DNA of 63,996 nt, filler included, from Vicugna vicugna (GCA_013265495.1; 80 parts of 77 records of this genome joined end to end with filler, not necessarily neighbours in it), one strand, 5' to 3'. Shown: positions 49,089-61,877, numbered from the whole stretch's first letter. The notes: generated by a model not told the origin, from the letters alone. A program made the numbers and translations.

Positions 49089-49188
49089 NNNNNNNNNNNN
49101 NNNNNNNNNNNNNNNNNNNNNNNNNNNNNNNNTTAATTAATTAANNNNNNNNNNNNNNNNNNNNNNNNNNNNNNNNNNNNNNNNNNNN

Positions 49189-50153
49189 CTTCAGTCACAG
49201 GTGTTCCCTGTTCGGGGAAGGACGAGAAATAACATCCCTGTCGGTGGGGAGTCTGCCTCTGTCACTGGGATATCCTGCAAACCCCCTAGTATTCCCTGGC
49301 ACAGAGACATTTGGAAAAACCTCAAGGGAGACGAGTTTGGCATTCCGTTACAACCCAATCGCTGCCCACCGTTGGTGGAACCTCCCCACGCTCAGGATTC
49401 CGGAACCATTGTCAGTGCGTGGGGGAGCTCGAGAGACAACTCCACGTAGCTCTCTTCAGTCACAGGTGTTCCCTGTTCGGGGAAGTCCGAGAAATACCTT
49501 CCCTGACCTTGGGGAGGCAGCCTCTGTCACTGGGATATCCTGCAAACCCCCCTAGCATTCCCTGGCACAGAGACATTAGGAAAACACTCACGGGTGACGA
49601 GCATAGGCTTTCCGTTAGAACCCACGCACTTTCGACCGTTGGTGGAACTTCCCCTTTCTCAGGATTCCGGAATAATTGTCAGTGTGTGGGGGAGATCGAG
49701 AGACAACTCCACGCAGCTCTCTTCAGTCACAGGTGTTCCCTGTTCGGGGAAGTCCAAGAAATAACTTCCCTAAATTTGGGGTGGCAGCCTCTGTCACAGT
49801 CATATCCTGCAAACCCCCTTAGCATTCCCTGGCACAGAGACATTAGGAAAACCCTCAGGGGAGACGAGCTTAAGCTTTCCGTTAGAACCCACGACCTGAC
49901 GACCGTTGGTGGAACCTCTCCACGCTCAGGAGTCCGGAACCATGGTCATTGCGTGGGGGAGCTCGAGAAACAACTCCACGCAGCTCTCTTCAGTCACAGG
50001 TGTTCCCTGTTCGGGGAAGTCCAAGAAAAAAGCTTAAGCTTTCCGTTAGAACCCACGACCTGACGACCGTTGGTGGAACCTCTCCACGCTCAGGAGTCCG
50101 GAACCATGGTCATTGCGTGGGGGAGCTCGAGAAACAACTCCACGCAGCTCTCT
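49189..50153. repeat. S267 satellite, about 4 monomers
   Basis: cttcagtcac at 49189, 49454, 49721 and 49988 (spacings 265, 267, 267). Confidence 0.97.
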
Positions 50154-50265
50154 NNNNNNNNNNNNNNNNNNNNNNNNNNNNNNNNNNNNNNNNNNNNTTA
50201 ATTAATTAANNNNNNNNNNNNNNNNNNNNNNNNNNNNNNNNNNNNNNNNNNNNGTAGATAGGAGT

Positions 50266-50747
50266 GTTACCAAATCCAAATTCATTCTCCTCAGTGCAGG
50301 ACAGGCCAATAAGTTTGGAAACCAGATGTTGAGGCATGGAATAGCAAGTTTCTGTAGACCTAGTTGGCAAACTAATGTCCTGGAAAACCATCTCCCCAAG
50401 TCACAATTCAGGCTCCTTTCCTACGTGCTTGGTTGTTGCAAACTTCTTAGTGTAGGAATTCCTTATTGTTAGAATCCTTTGTTCTTACAGCTATCTGCGT
50501 GGGTCAGATCCCTGTAAACCTCCAACAAAACAAACGTTATTTTCTATTCTGCAATTTGCTATCTTTTAATGAATGAAAAAGTGTTAATTACCCTTAAAGG
50601 TCAGAGCCTTCAGAATAAGCTCTCCTGTGTATTTCAGGCTCTAGGCAACAATTTTTTACAAGCTAGATGAAGCCTAGGAGACAGAGCATATGGTTAAAAT
50701 CAAAGGAACAGATCTAATGTGGAGTCGGATTTGTTCTGTTCTATTAC
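50266..50747. mobile_element. Probable ERV1-type solo LTR
   Basis: Begins tgttacc; internal motif ctctcctgtgtatttcaggct resembles laurasiatherian ERV1 LTRs as I recall them. Confidence 0.45.
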
Positions 50748-51675
50748 CCGGGCAGAAGCCACTTGAGGATTTNNNNNNNNNNNNNNNNNNNNNNNNNNNN
50801 NNNNNNNNNNNNNNNNTTAATTAATTAANNNNNNNNNNNNNNNNNNNNNNNNNNNNNNNNNNNNNNNNNNNNAGTGTGGTCATGGTTCCTTGGGGATATA
50901 CTTACGTCAAAACGTATCAAGCTGTACACTTTAAACGTGTGAAAATTATTTTGCCAAATATATCTCAAAGCTGTTTTAAGAAAAAAGGCACTTTAGTCTT
51001 GATCCACCTCAGCGCCTGATTGGAGTGACATGATCAGTCCCTCACACTGTCTGCCTAACGGGAAGGTAGAAAAGCTCTCACAGAAGATAACATGGATTTT
51101 TCATTTGCAATGTCTGCCATGTAATAAAGAATTTCTAGACATGCAACATGTCCAGACTATATGACAGATAACATGAGAATAAGGAGCATTAGACAAAGGA
51201 TGCAAACCCCAGGTGATGTAGGCAAGTTACCAATAAAGGCTATAAAATACTTTTAATATATTCAAGAAAATAAGGAAGTGATGGGAGAATAGATAACAGG
51301 GCAGAGACTTTCACCAGAGAAATATACTGGAATGTATTTTTAAGAAAAATCAAACAGATACTCTAGAACTGAAGCTTTCAGCTCTGGAAACAGGTAAACA
51401 GAGCTAATTAGGATCCCTTTTAAGGAAAATTTTCAGTAATTCCGGGTAAAATATAACAACAAAGTAACACAGAGCTAACTATGGAGACAGAAGTTCCCTG
51501 ATGACAATACAAAGTGGACACTTAAAGCCAAGAGTGGTCATCTTGTGAGCTGATGCCACTGCACCCTGGAGGGAANNNNNNNNNNNNNNNNNNNNNNNNN
51601 NNNNNNNNNNNNNNNNNNNTTAATTAATTAANNNNNNNNNNNNNNNNNNNNNNNNNNNNNNNNNNNNNNNNNNNN

Positions 51676-52435
51676 TCTCTCGAGCTCCCCCACGCACTGA
51701 CAGTGGTTCCGGAACCCTGACCATGGGGAGGTTCCACTAACGGTCGGCAGCGCGTGGGTTCCAACGGAATGCCTGAGCTGGTCTCCCCTGAGGGTTTTCC
51801 TAATGTCTCTGTGCCAGGGAATGCTAGGGGGGTTTGCAGGAAATCCCAGTGACAGAGGCTGCCTCCCCAAGGTCAGGGAAGGTATTTCTCGGACTTCCCC
51901 GGACAGGGAACACCTGTGACTGAAGAGAGCTGCGTGGAGCTGTCTCTCGAGCTCCCCACGCACTGACAATGGTTCCGGAACCCTGAGCGTGGTGAGGTTC
52001 CTCCAACGGCCGGCAGCGCGTGGGTTCCATCTGAATGCCTGAGCTGGTCTCCCCTGAGGGTTTTCCTAATGTCTCTGTGCCAGGGAATGCTAGGGGGGTT
52101 TGCAGGAAATCCCAGTGACAGAGGCTGCCTCCCCAAGGTCAGGGAAGGTNNNNNNNNNNNNNNNNNNNNNNNNNNNNNNNNNNNNNNNNNNNNTTAATTA
52201 ATTAANNNNNNNNNNNNNNNNNNNNNNNNNNNNNNNNNNNNNNNNNNNNCAAGGAAGTAATTTCTCGGAATTCCCATGAACAGGGAACAACTGTGAATGA
52301 ACAGAGCTGCGTGGAGTTGTCTCTCGAGATCCCCCACGCACTGACAATTGTTTCCAAATCCTGAGCGTGGGAAGGTTCCACCAACGGTCGTTAGAGCGTG
52401 GGTTCAAACGGAAAGCCTAAGCTCGTCTCCCCTGA
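51676..52435. repeat. S267 satellite (two scaffolds)
   Basis: Reverse-orientation monomers. Confidence 0.94.
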
Positions 52436-53262
52436 NNNNNNNNNNNNNNNNNNNNNNNNNNNNNNNNNNNNNNNNNNNNTTAATTAATTAANNNNNNNNN
52501 NNNNNNNNNNNNNNNNNNNNNNNNNNNNNNNNNNNAGTAGTATATAAAACTACATTTATTTTACTTATAGCACTTAATTACAAATTAAAACAAAAATTTC
52601 CCCCTTTAGAATTTCTTAAATTTGATTGATTATTTTAATCTAATTTTATTTCATAAATATTTACCATTTATATATAAACATAACAAATAAACTAATATTT
52701 ATTCTGCTCATGTGTTGAATATAGGGCTACTTATTGTAAAGTACACAGATAAAAAACTACTTCCACTTCCAAATCAAATTATGTTTCACTTTATTTACAA
52801 ATTATAATGAAATAGTTATAAATTTTCATAAATATTTTACACAAATTTCACTTTAAAATCGAAAACTTTAAAATTATTTTATATATTTTGTGATTATTTA
52901 TTCTCTGTTCACAAATCTGGTATAAATTTGTGTACAAAAAGATGGAGATTGGTTTTATTTCTTAGACACCAAAATTAAATTATTTGAATAGATTTTTTGG
53001 GGATAATATTTGCAGATCACCATATAAAATTAAGCATCATATATGCTTCATTTTAACTGGATGAATAAGAAGTAAACACTGGCTGAATGTTTCACTTGAG
53101 TTGCTAGGAGACCAGTCGATTGTGATGTCACAGCTTCTCAAGTTGAGAACCATTGTGATGGCCTTGCAGTTTATCTGTGCTGGCCTGCCAAAGCAGCATT
53201 TGAAGCTGCAGTGCTCAAAATTATGCAGATTAGAAATGTAGTTGTAGAAAATGTTATTTGAG

Positions 53263-53759
53263 ATGGCACATGTTTCTACAGAAATTCAAGTTTTGTCTCC
53301 TAAATATGGACCAACTGCTTCAGGAATGTACAGTAGATCTCTATTTTGTGATCAAACATTCTCTGGGGACTTGGACTTGAGGTCTANNNNNNNNNNNNNN
53401 NNNNNNNNNNNNNNNNNNNNNNNNNNNNNNNNNNNNNNNNNNNNNNNNNNNNNNNNNNNNNNNNNNNNNNNNNNNNNNNNNNNNNNNNNNNNNNNNNNNN
53501 NNNNNNNNNNNNNNNNNNNNNNNNNNNNNNNNNNNNNNNNNNNNNNNNNNNNNNNNNNNNNNNNNNNNNNNNNNNNNNNNNNNNNNNNNNNNNNNNNNNN
53601 NNNNNNNNNNNNNNNNNNNNNNNNNNNNNNNNNNNNNNNNNNNNNNNNNNNNNNNNNNNNNNNNNNNNNNNNNNNNNNNNNNNNNNNNNNNNNNAGCTTA
53701 ACCTTTATGGATTCAGTAAAGTGCAGCAGAATTTTCGAAGATCTGCTTTTCTAGCTGAC
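53263..53759 (+). CDS. HSFY: Heat shock transcription factor, Y-linked (HSFY) exon 1, partial; gap at 53387-53694
   Basis: MAHVSTEIQVLSPKYGPTASGMYSRSLFCDQTFSGDLDLRS versus human HSFY MAHVSSETQDVSPKDELTASEASTRSPLCEHTFPGDSDLRS; after the gap, from 53697, LNLYGFSKVQQNFRRSAFLAD versus LNLYGFSKIQQNFQRSAFLAT (HSF DNA-binding domain). Confidence 0.92.
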
Positions 53760-54451
53760 NNNNNNNNNNNNNNNNNNNNNNNNNNNNNNNNNNNNNNNNN
53801 NNNTTAATTAATTAANNNNNNNNNNNNNNNNNNNNNNNNNNNNNNNNNNNNNNNNNNNNCTCAGGCAGGGCAGGACCCGCCGTCTTCCCTTGGACCCACC
53901 CTCTGGCAGAGCAACAGCTTAGGAGGACCTGCTGAGCTATACCTGCCTGTATTCTAACCCTTGTCTTGAGTTCTTTGCAAACTGCTTCACTTATCCATAC
54001 AAATCCAAGGTAGATTAGAAAGATTTTAGATGTTGAGCTAGACTATTGATTTGGGGATTTTGCACTAGCAACCTGCAATGTCATGTTCTAATGATTCTGT
54101 CTTCATAAAACCACACCCAGTTTAAAGGAGTATTTGTGGAATGTCTTCGGAGTAATAGGGACTGTACTTTTACAGACTTTATGTTTTATATCATGAACAA
54201 CCCGGACAGGGTCACAAATGGAACCGTTTCACAAGTGACAGAAGACAGGTGAGAGGCACAAAGCGACAGGTCACAAAGGTGGTAAGAGCAAGCAAAACAT
54301 TCCTGAAAGAATCAAAAACTCTGAATTTTAAAAGTAAAAGTNNNNNNNNNNNNNNNNNNNNNNNNNNNNNNNNNNNNNNNNNNNNTTAATTAATTAANNN
54401 NNNNNNNNNNNNNNNNNNNNNNNNNNNNNNNNNNNNNNNNNGTCCTCGATC

Positions 54452-54684
54452 CTCTTCTCCACCAGCCTGCAGGCCTCGTAGATTGATAGCCACGTCGGTG
54501 CGCGTCTGCTCGGCCACCTCCCCATACAGCACAAAGACAAAGAGCTGAGAGTCATTAACGAGATGCCATACAGCTCCTCTGCACGTGGAGCTTCTCGAAG
54601 GCCTTGGCCGAGAGGCAGTCGGTAATGGTGACAAGGCCCACGACCTTGCAATGTGTCTGGAAGTTTCTCCACTCATTCTCGGGC
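54452..54684 (-). pseudogene. TRAPPC9: Degenerate copy of the TRAPPC9 N-terminal coding region
   Basis: [79 protein letters not shown] versus TRAPPC9 [88 protein letters not shown]; three frameshifts plus deletions. Confidence 0.88.
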
Positions 54685-55399
54685 NNNNNNNNNNNNNNNN
54701 NNNNNNNNNNNNNNNNNNNNNNNNNNNNNNNNNNNNNNNNNNNNNNNNNNNNNNNNNNNNNNNNNNNNNNNNNNNNNNNNNNNNNNNNNNNNNNNNNNNN
54801 NNNNNNNNNNNNNNNNNNNNNNNNNNNNNNNNNNNNNNNNNNNNNNNNNNNNNNNNNNNNNNNNNNNNNNNNNNNNNNNNNNNNNNNNNNNNNNNNNNNN
54901 NNNNNNNNNNNNNNNNNNNNNNNNNNNNNNNNNNNNNNNNNNNNNNNNNNNNNNNNNNNNNNNNNNNNNNNNNNNNNNNNNNNNNNNNNNNNNNNNNCTT
55001 GTTTTCTCAAGTACCTAGCCAGACCCTGATGCAAAGTCAGTGCTCAAAACTGCTGAATAAAGAAATGAAAAAAGGAACGGCATTCCAAACCCCTTTAAGC
55101 AGAATATAGAGAAAAGAAAAGAANNNNNNNNNNNNNNNNNNNNNNNNNNNNNNNNNNNNNNNNNNNNTTAATTAATTAANNNNNNNNNNNNNNNNNNNNN
55201 NNNNNNNNNNNNNNNNNNNNNNNTCAATAAATGTTTGTTGAATGAATGAATAGACAAGCAAAGTGAATGCTGCTCCCTGCCATAGAGCATCATAGTGGNN
55301 NNNNNNNNNNNNNNNNNNNNNNNNNNNNNNNNNNNNNNNNNNTTAATTAATTAANNNNNNNNNNNNNNNNNNNNNNNNNNNNNNNNNNNNNNNNNNNNA

Positions 55400-56187
55400 T
55401 TTTTGGCGTCTATATCTTTTGAAGAGGGCGATGTTCTGTCGGATTTCCGCAGGCACTCTGGTTGGCTGAGTGGGTCTGTAGATGTGGGTATTGCTATATT
55501 TGTGGGAGATGGTGACTTACGAGCGTCCTTCTACTCCGCCATCTTGCCTCTTCTGGGAGTGTTCTAATTTCATTGATTTATATGTAGCTGTCTAGCTTTC
55601 TTAACATCACTTGATGATGACTGTCTTTTAGGCATTGTATAATTTTGTTTCCTTTGTCATAGTTTAGTTGACCATAGGTGTGATATTAGTTGACCATAGG
55701 TGCGATTTTTATTTCTGTCTCTGTGTTCCATTCCAGTGATATAGATATTTCTTTCTTTTCCAGCATTGTGCTCTTTTGATTACTGTATTTTTCTAATATA
55801 GTCTGAGATCTGGGAGGGTTATGGGCTATGCATCCAAATTTGTTCTTTTCCCTCATTGTTACTTTTGCAGTTCTGGTTCTTTTGCAGTTCCATACAAATC
55901 ATAGGACTGTTTTTAGTTCTGTGGAAAATATCATGTAGTTCAATCTGAATCTCTATATCTGTAGACATCTTTTGTAGTATGAATATTTTAACAATATAAA
56001 TTCCTTTAAACTAAGACCATGAGATTTTTTTCCATTTCTTTGCATCATCTTCAAATTTCTTTATCAGTGTCCTATTGATTTTATTATCTTGGTTTTTTCA
56101 TAGGTTTATCATTTTTTGATCTGGTTTCATATGGATTTTTTAAAAATTATGGAATATTTCATTCTTAGTGTAAAGAAATGTGACAGT
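55400..56187 (-). mobile_element. LINE-1 extreme 5' end (55400 to about 55550) abutting a degraded L1 ORF2 fragment
   Basis: ctactccgccatcttg at 55531-55546 is the reverse complement of the YY1-type CAAGATGGCGG L1 start; downstream are antisense ORF2 motifs. Confidence 0.75.
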
Positions 56188-56287
56188 NNNNNNNNNNNNN
56201 NNNNNNNNNNNNNNNNNNNNNNNNNNNNNNNTTAATTAATTAANNNNNNNNNNNNNNNNNNNNNNNNNNNNNNNNNNNNNNNNNNNN

Positions 56288-56540
56288 CCCAGTGACAGAG
56301 GCTGCCTCCCCAAGTAAGGGAAGGTATTTCTCAGACTTCACCAAACAGGGAAAACCTGTGATTGAAGAGAGCTTCGTGGAGTTGTCTCTCGAGCTCCCCC
56401 ACGCACTGACAAGGGTTCCGGAATTCTGAGCGTGGGGAGTTTCCACCAATGGTCGACAGCGCGTGGGTTTTAACGGAAAGCCTAAGCTCGCCTCTATTGA
56501 GGGTTTTCCTAATGTCTCTGTGCCAGGGAATGCTAGGGGG
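56288..56540. repeat. S267 satellite
   Basis: About one reverse-orientation monomer. Confidence 0.92.
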
Positions 56541-56834
56541 NNNNNNNNNNNNNNNNNNNNNNNNNNNNNNNNNNNNNNNNNNNNTTAATTAATTAANNNN
56601 NNNNNNNNNNNNNNNNNNNNNNNNNNNNNNNNNNNNNNNNAAAAAATTTTTAATTATTAATATCCACTGTTAGCCCTGATATGATTAAACAGGAATTCTT
56701 ACTCTCTTAGGGTGGATGGGTAAATTTATAAAATCATACTAAATGGGAAATTAATTACTAATGCTTGGAAAAATACACATAAATATAATATATAATATTT
56801 ACATATACGTATATATATTATGGGTATATATAAT

Positions 56835-56836
<2 letters not shown>

Positions 56837-56864
<28 letters not shown>
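56837..56864. repeat. (TG)14 microsatellite within an old L1M remnant
   Basis: Direct reading; followed by ccagcaatttcacttctaggaat (L1M motif). Confidence 0.9.
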
Positions 56865-56868
<4 letters not shown>

Positions 56869-57734
56869 CTCTCTAATCCAGCAATTTCACTTCTAGGAAT
56901 AAATTCTAAGGAAATAATCAAATAAGTACAAAAAAATGTATATATGCCCCAAACATTTAACATAGTATTGTTTATACTACATTGGAAACAAATGTACATA
57001 AATAGGGGACTGGTTAAATAAATTCCAATACTTTTTGAATTAATGAAAAACTATACAGCTACTAAGAATAACACTTATTGAAAGGAAAGATAGCCATACT
57101 ATTAATAATATTAACAAGTTAACAATATTAAAGTGACTAAAAATCAGGCTATTAAACAACTTGTAGAGCAGGATCCCTTTTATGTTAAAATATAGATAGG
57201 AAGGTAGATAGACAGACAGGTAGGTATGTAGACAGATGATAGATTACCTAATAAAGAAAAATCCACACTGGTAGATAAAAAGGCAATAATGGTTGTCTGT
57301 GGGGGATGAGGTTGTATTCAGTCTTTCACTTCTTGGTAAATGCAAGTAAGGTTTTAACATTTTATAATATAATATGTATAACATAATATAACATTAAGCT
57401 ATACATTTTATGGTCTGATGGTTTTACAAACATTTTTTCTTCGATACAACAGAAACAGTACAAGCCCTTTAAATTGTACGTAAGATCTCCTAGCCCCTCC
57501 AAAAAAAGATAATGGCCTATTTAATTCTCTGTGTTTAAATCATTCACTATAAAGGAAGGTTCAAAGGAAAGGTGACCACACGTGCTGGCTGTCCCATGCT
57601 GGTCCTGGGTTGCACACACTGTCCTGCCATAGTTNNNNNNNNNNNNNNNNNNNNNNNNNNNNNNNNNNNNNNNNNNNNTTAATTAATTAANNNNNNNNNN
57701 NNNNNNNNNNNNNNNNNNNNNNNNNNNNNNNNNN

Positions 57735-58611
57735 GATATGTAATTTACATGAATTCCAACAACATTGAATTCCGGGTTCTGTACATGCTAAACGTATGAC
57801 GGATTCGGTAGTCATGCGTTTCTGACTTGTGAGCATGTGGATTACTGACCTTTCATCCACCAAACACGGCGCATATTCACTTAGAAATATTTAATCTGAC
57901 TTCATAGGTTTTTCCTATCACCAGGTTCTAAAATCGGACATTTGGCACCAGAAAACACTCTTTGAGCGAATTCTCACCAATACACATGTAGTTTAAATTG
58001 TTTACATAACCATGGCATTCCGTATTACGAACATGATTCATGCATCACGGATTCCTCATACTTGAATTTCTGAGTTGTGAACATGTACCTGACTGAACTT
58101 TCAACCACCAAGCAAGCTACCTATGCACTCTGAAATATTTACTTTAACTTCGTAGGTTCTTCCTATCACCAGTTTCAAGAATCACATTTTGATCCCAGAA
58201 AAACCCTCTTGGAGGGAAATCTACCCTAGAGATATGTAATTTGAATAGATTCCATCTACATGATATTCCGTGTTCCGTACATGCTACATACATGACGGAT
58301 TCGACAAANNNNNNNNNNNNNNNNNNNNNNNNNNNNNNNNNNTCCTCTATAAAAGGAATATTTTCATCTAGACCCGTGTACACATTTTCACAAGCTTTCC
58401 CTAAAACCAGTTTTGAATCCGTGCTTTTATCACAGAAAAATAGTTCTGGAGCGATTTCCACCTAACAGATATGTATTTTAGATGAATTCCAACAACATGG
58501 CATTCCGGGTTCCGTACATGCTACATATATGACGGATTTGGCAATCATGAATTTCTGAATATTGCACATGTGGATTACTGAACTTTCATCCTCCGAACAA
58601 GGCGAATATAA
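57735..58611. repeat. S247-HOR satellite, reverse orientation, more than one trimer
   Basis: gatatgta.ttta.atgaattccaacaacat at 57735 and 58468. Confidence 0.93.
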
Positions 58612-58711
58612 NNNNNNNNNNNNNNNNNNNNNNNNNNNNNNNNNNNNNNNNNNNNTTAATTAATTAANNNNNNNNNNNNNNNNNNNNNNNNNNNNNNNNN
58701 NNNNNNNNNNN

Positions 58712-59423
58712 TTCTATATCCATAATTCTGTATTCTATATTCTAAATTCTGTGTTCTTCATTCCAATTTCTAAATTCTGGGTTATGTATTCTGTATTCCA
58801 TATTCTATATTCTGTGTTCTACATTCTATATTCTGTTTACTATATTCTGCATTCTGTCTTCTATATTCTATATTCTGTGTTCTACATTCGATATTCTAAA
58901 TTCTATATTCAGTATTCTGTATTCTATATTGTAANNNNNNNNNNNNNNNNNNNNNNNNNNNNNNNNNNNNNNNNNNNNNNNNNNNNNNNNNNNNNNNNNN
59001 NNNNNNNNNNNNNNNNNNNNNNNNNNNNNNNNNNNNNNNNNNNNNNNNNNNNNNNNNNNNNNNNNNNNNNNNNNNNNNNNNNNNNNNNNNNNNNNNNNNN
59101 NNNNNNNNNNNNNNNNNNNNNNNNNNNNNNNNNNNNNNNNNNNNNNNNNNNNNNNNNNNNNNNNNNNNNNNNNNNNNNNNNNNNNNNNNNNNNNNNNNNN
59201 NNNNNNNAAATACTTTATTCAGTATTCTGTATTCTATAATCTATATTCTGTGTTCGACATTCTATGTTCTAAATCCTATATTTATTATTCTGTATTCTAT
59301 ATTCTAAATTCTGTGTTCTGCATTCTATATTCTAAATTCTATATTCATAATTCATAATTTTATAGTCTAAATTCTGTTTTCAGCATTCCATGTTCTAAAT
59401 TTTGTGTTCTATATTCTCTATTC
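58712..59423. repeat. Heptamer satellite
   Basis: 7-bp periodic NATTCTR units. Confidence 0.93.
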
Positions 59424-59523
59424 NNNNNNNNNNNNNNNNNNNNNNNNNNNNNNNNNNNNNNNNNNNNTTAATTAATTAANNNNNNNNNNNNNNNNNNNNN
59501 NNNNNNNNNNNNNNNNNNNNNNN

Positions 59524-59992
59524 TCTGACAATGGCATATCCTGCAATAACCCCTAGCAATCCCTGGCACAGAGACATCTGGAAAACCCTAAGGGGAGACG
59601 AGCTTATGCATTCCGTTAGAACCCAAGCGCTGCCGACCGTTGGTGGAACCTCCCCACGCTCCGGATTCCGGAACCATTGTCAGTGCGTGGGGNNNNNNNN
59701 NNNNNNNNNNNNNNNNNNNNNNNNNNNNNNNNNNNNNNNNNNNNNNNNNNNNNNNNNNNNNNNNNNNNNNNNNNNNNNNNNNNNNNNNNNNNNNNNNNNN
59801 NNNNNNNNNNNNNNNNNNNNNNNNNNNNNNNNNNNNNNNNNNNNNNNNNNNNNNNNNNNNNNNNNNNNNNNNNNNNNNNNNNNNNNNNNNNNNNNNNNNN
59901 CGCTGCGGACCGGTGGTGGAACCTCCCCACGCTCAGGATTCCGGAAGAATTGTCAGTGCATGGGGGAGCTGGAGAGACAACTCCACGCAGCT
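59524..59992. repeat. S267 satellite
   Basis: Monomer motifs. Confidence 0.92.
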
Positions 59993-60092
59993 NNNNNNNN
60001 NNNNNNNNNNNNNNNNNNNNNNNNNNNNNNNNNNNNTTAATTAATTAANNNNNNNNNNNNNNNNNNNNNNNNNNNNNNNNNNNNNNNNNNNN

Positions 60093-60866
60093 ATAAAGAA
60101 ATGATTCTAAACGCAGCAAGAGAAAAGCAAAGAGTAAATTACAAGGGGACCCCCTTAAGGCTCTCAGCTGATTTCTCTACACAAACACTACAGGCCAGAA
60201 GGGAGTGGCAAGATATATTCAAAGCCCTGAATGAAAAAAAAGATGCAGCCTAGGATACTTTATCAGCAAGGCTATCCCNNNNNNNNNNNNNNNNNNNNNN
60301 NNNNNNNNNNNNNNNNNNNNNNNNNNNNNNNNNNNNNNNNNNNNNNNNNNNNNNNNNNNNNNNNNNNNNNNNNNNNNNNNNNNNNNNNNNNNNNNNNNNN
60401 NNNNNNNNNNNNNNNNNNNNNNNNNNNNNNNNNNNNNNNNNNNNNNNNNNNNNNNNNNNNNNNNNNNNNNNNNNNNNNNNNNNNNNNNNNNNNNNNNNNN
60501 NNNNNNNNNNNNNNNNNNNNNNNNNNNNNNNNNNNNNNNNNNNNNNNNNNNNNNNNNNNNNNNNNNNNNNNNNNNNNNNNNNNNNNNNNNNNNNNNNNNN
60601 NNNNNNNNNNNNNNNNNNNNNNNNNNNNNNNNNNNNNNNNNNNNNNNNNNNNNNNNNNNNNNNNNNNNNNNNNNNNNGTCACAAAAATTAAATAAAATCC
60701 ATGATAATACAAAGGAAAATTACCAAACCACAAAAGGAAGAAGAAAGGAACAAAGAGGATATACCAATTCAACTGCAAAGATAAGTTCAAAATGGCAATA
60801 AACATCCATCTATCATTAATGACTGTAAATGTTAATGGGCTAAATGCTCCAGTCAAAAGACATAGA
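60093..60866 (+). mobile_element. Relatively young LINE-1: ORF1 C-terminus, inter-ORF region and ORF2 start (ATG at 60792)
   Basis: KEMILNAAREKQRVNYKGTPLRLSADFSTQTLQARREWQDIFKALNEKK; MAINIHLSLMTVNVNGLNAPVKRHR. Confidence 0.93.
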
Positions 60867-61039
60867 NNNNNNNNNNNNNNNNNNNNNNNNNNNNNNNNNN
60901 NNNNNNNNNNTTAATTAATTAANNNNNNNNNNNNNNNNNNNNNNNNNNNNNNNNNNNNNNNNNNNNCTTCCCATTTTGCTTTTTGTAGGAGGTAAGAGTT
61001 GAAGATTTTCTCTGAATACAGCTATGTAGAGCTTATCTT

Positions 61040-61777
61040 TTATTTAAATTGAAATGTGGTTGATTTACAATGTTTTGTTAGTTTCAGATATACAGCTGTT
61101 TTGTTAGTTTCAGGTATACAGCATAGTGCTTCAGTTGTACATATACATAGTCTGTTCTTTTTCAGGTTTTTTCCATTATAGGTTGCAAGATACTGAACAT
61201 TTTCCCCTGTGTTCTACAGTGAATCCTTGCTGTTTGTCTGTTTTACATATAGTAGTTTGTAATTGTTAATCCCAAACTCCTAAGTTTGTTTTCTAAGTCT
61301 GTGAGTCTGTTTTTGTTTTGTAAATAAGTTTATTTGTATCTTTTTTAAAAATTCCACATATAAGTGGTATCATATGTTACTTGTCTTTCTCTGTCTGAGT
61401 TATTTCACTTTAGTGTGATAATCTCCAAGTCCGTCCATGTTGCTGTAAATGGCATTATTTCCTTCTTTGTTACAACTGAGTAATATTCTTTTATATCCAA
61501 ATACTACATCTTTATCCAGTCATTTGTCAGTGGGCGTTTAGGTTGCTTCTATGTCTTGGTCATTGAAAACAATGCTGCTGTGAACATTGGGGTGCAGGTA
61601 TATTTTGAAATTAAGGTTCCCTCTGGATATATGCCCAGGAGTGGGATTGCTGGATCAAATGATGTCTTTTTTTAGTCTTTTGAGGAATCTCCATACTGTT
61701 TTCCCCATTGGCTTCACCAAACTACATTTCCAGCAATAATGTAAGAGGGTTCCCTTTTCTCCAAGCCTCTCCAGCAT
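61040..61777 (-). mobile_element. LINE-1 3' region
   Basis: atgcccaggagtgggattgctggatca; gaggaatctccatactgttttcc; ttccacatataagtg. Confidence 0.9.
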
Positions 61778-61877
61778 NNNNNNNNNNNNNNNNNNNNNNN
61801 NNNNNNNNNNNNNNNNNNNNNTTAATTAATTAANNNNNNNNNNNNNNNNNNNNNNNNNNNNNNNNNNNNNNNNNNNN

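Noticed and set aside
49311..50063. 250-aa repetitive ORF and similar ORFs in the 267-bp satellite
   Set aside because: 267 is divisible by 3, so a stop-free frame simply repeats; other copies carry frameshifting indels and there is no recognisable domain.
46523..54684. Apparent clustering of TRAV9, HSFY and TRAPPC9 next to satellites as a gene neighbourhood
   Set aside because: Each lies on a separate scaffold divided by artificial linkers; order carries no information.
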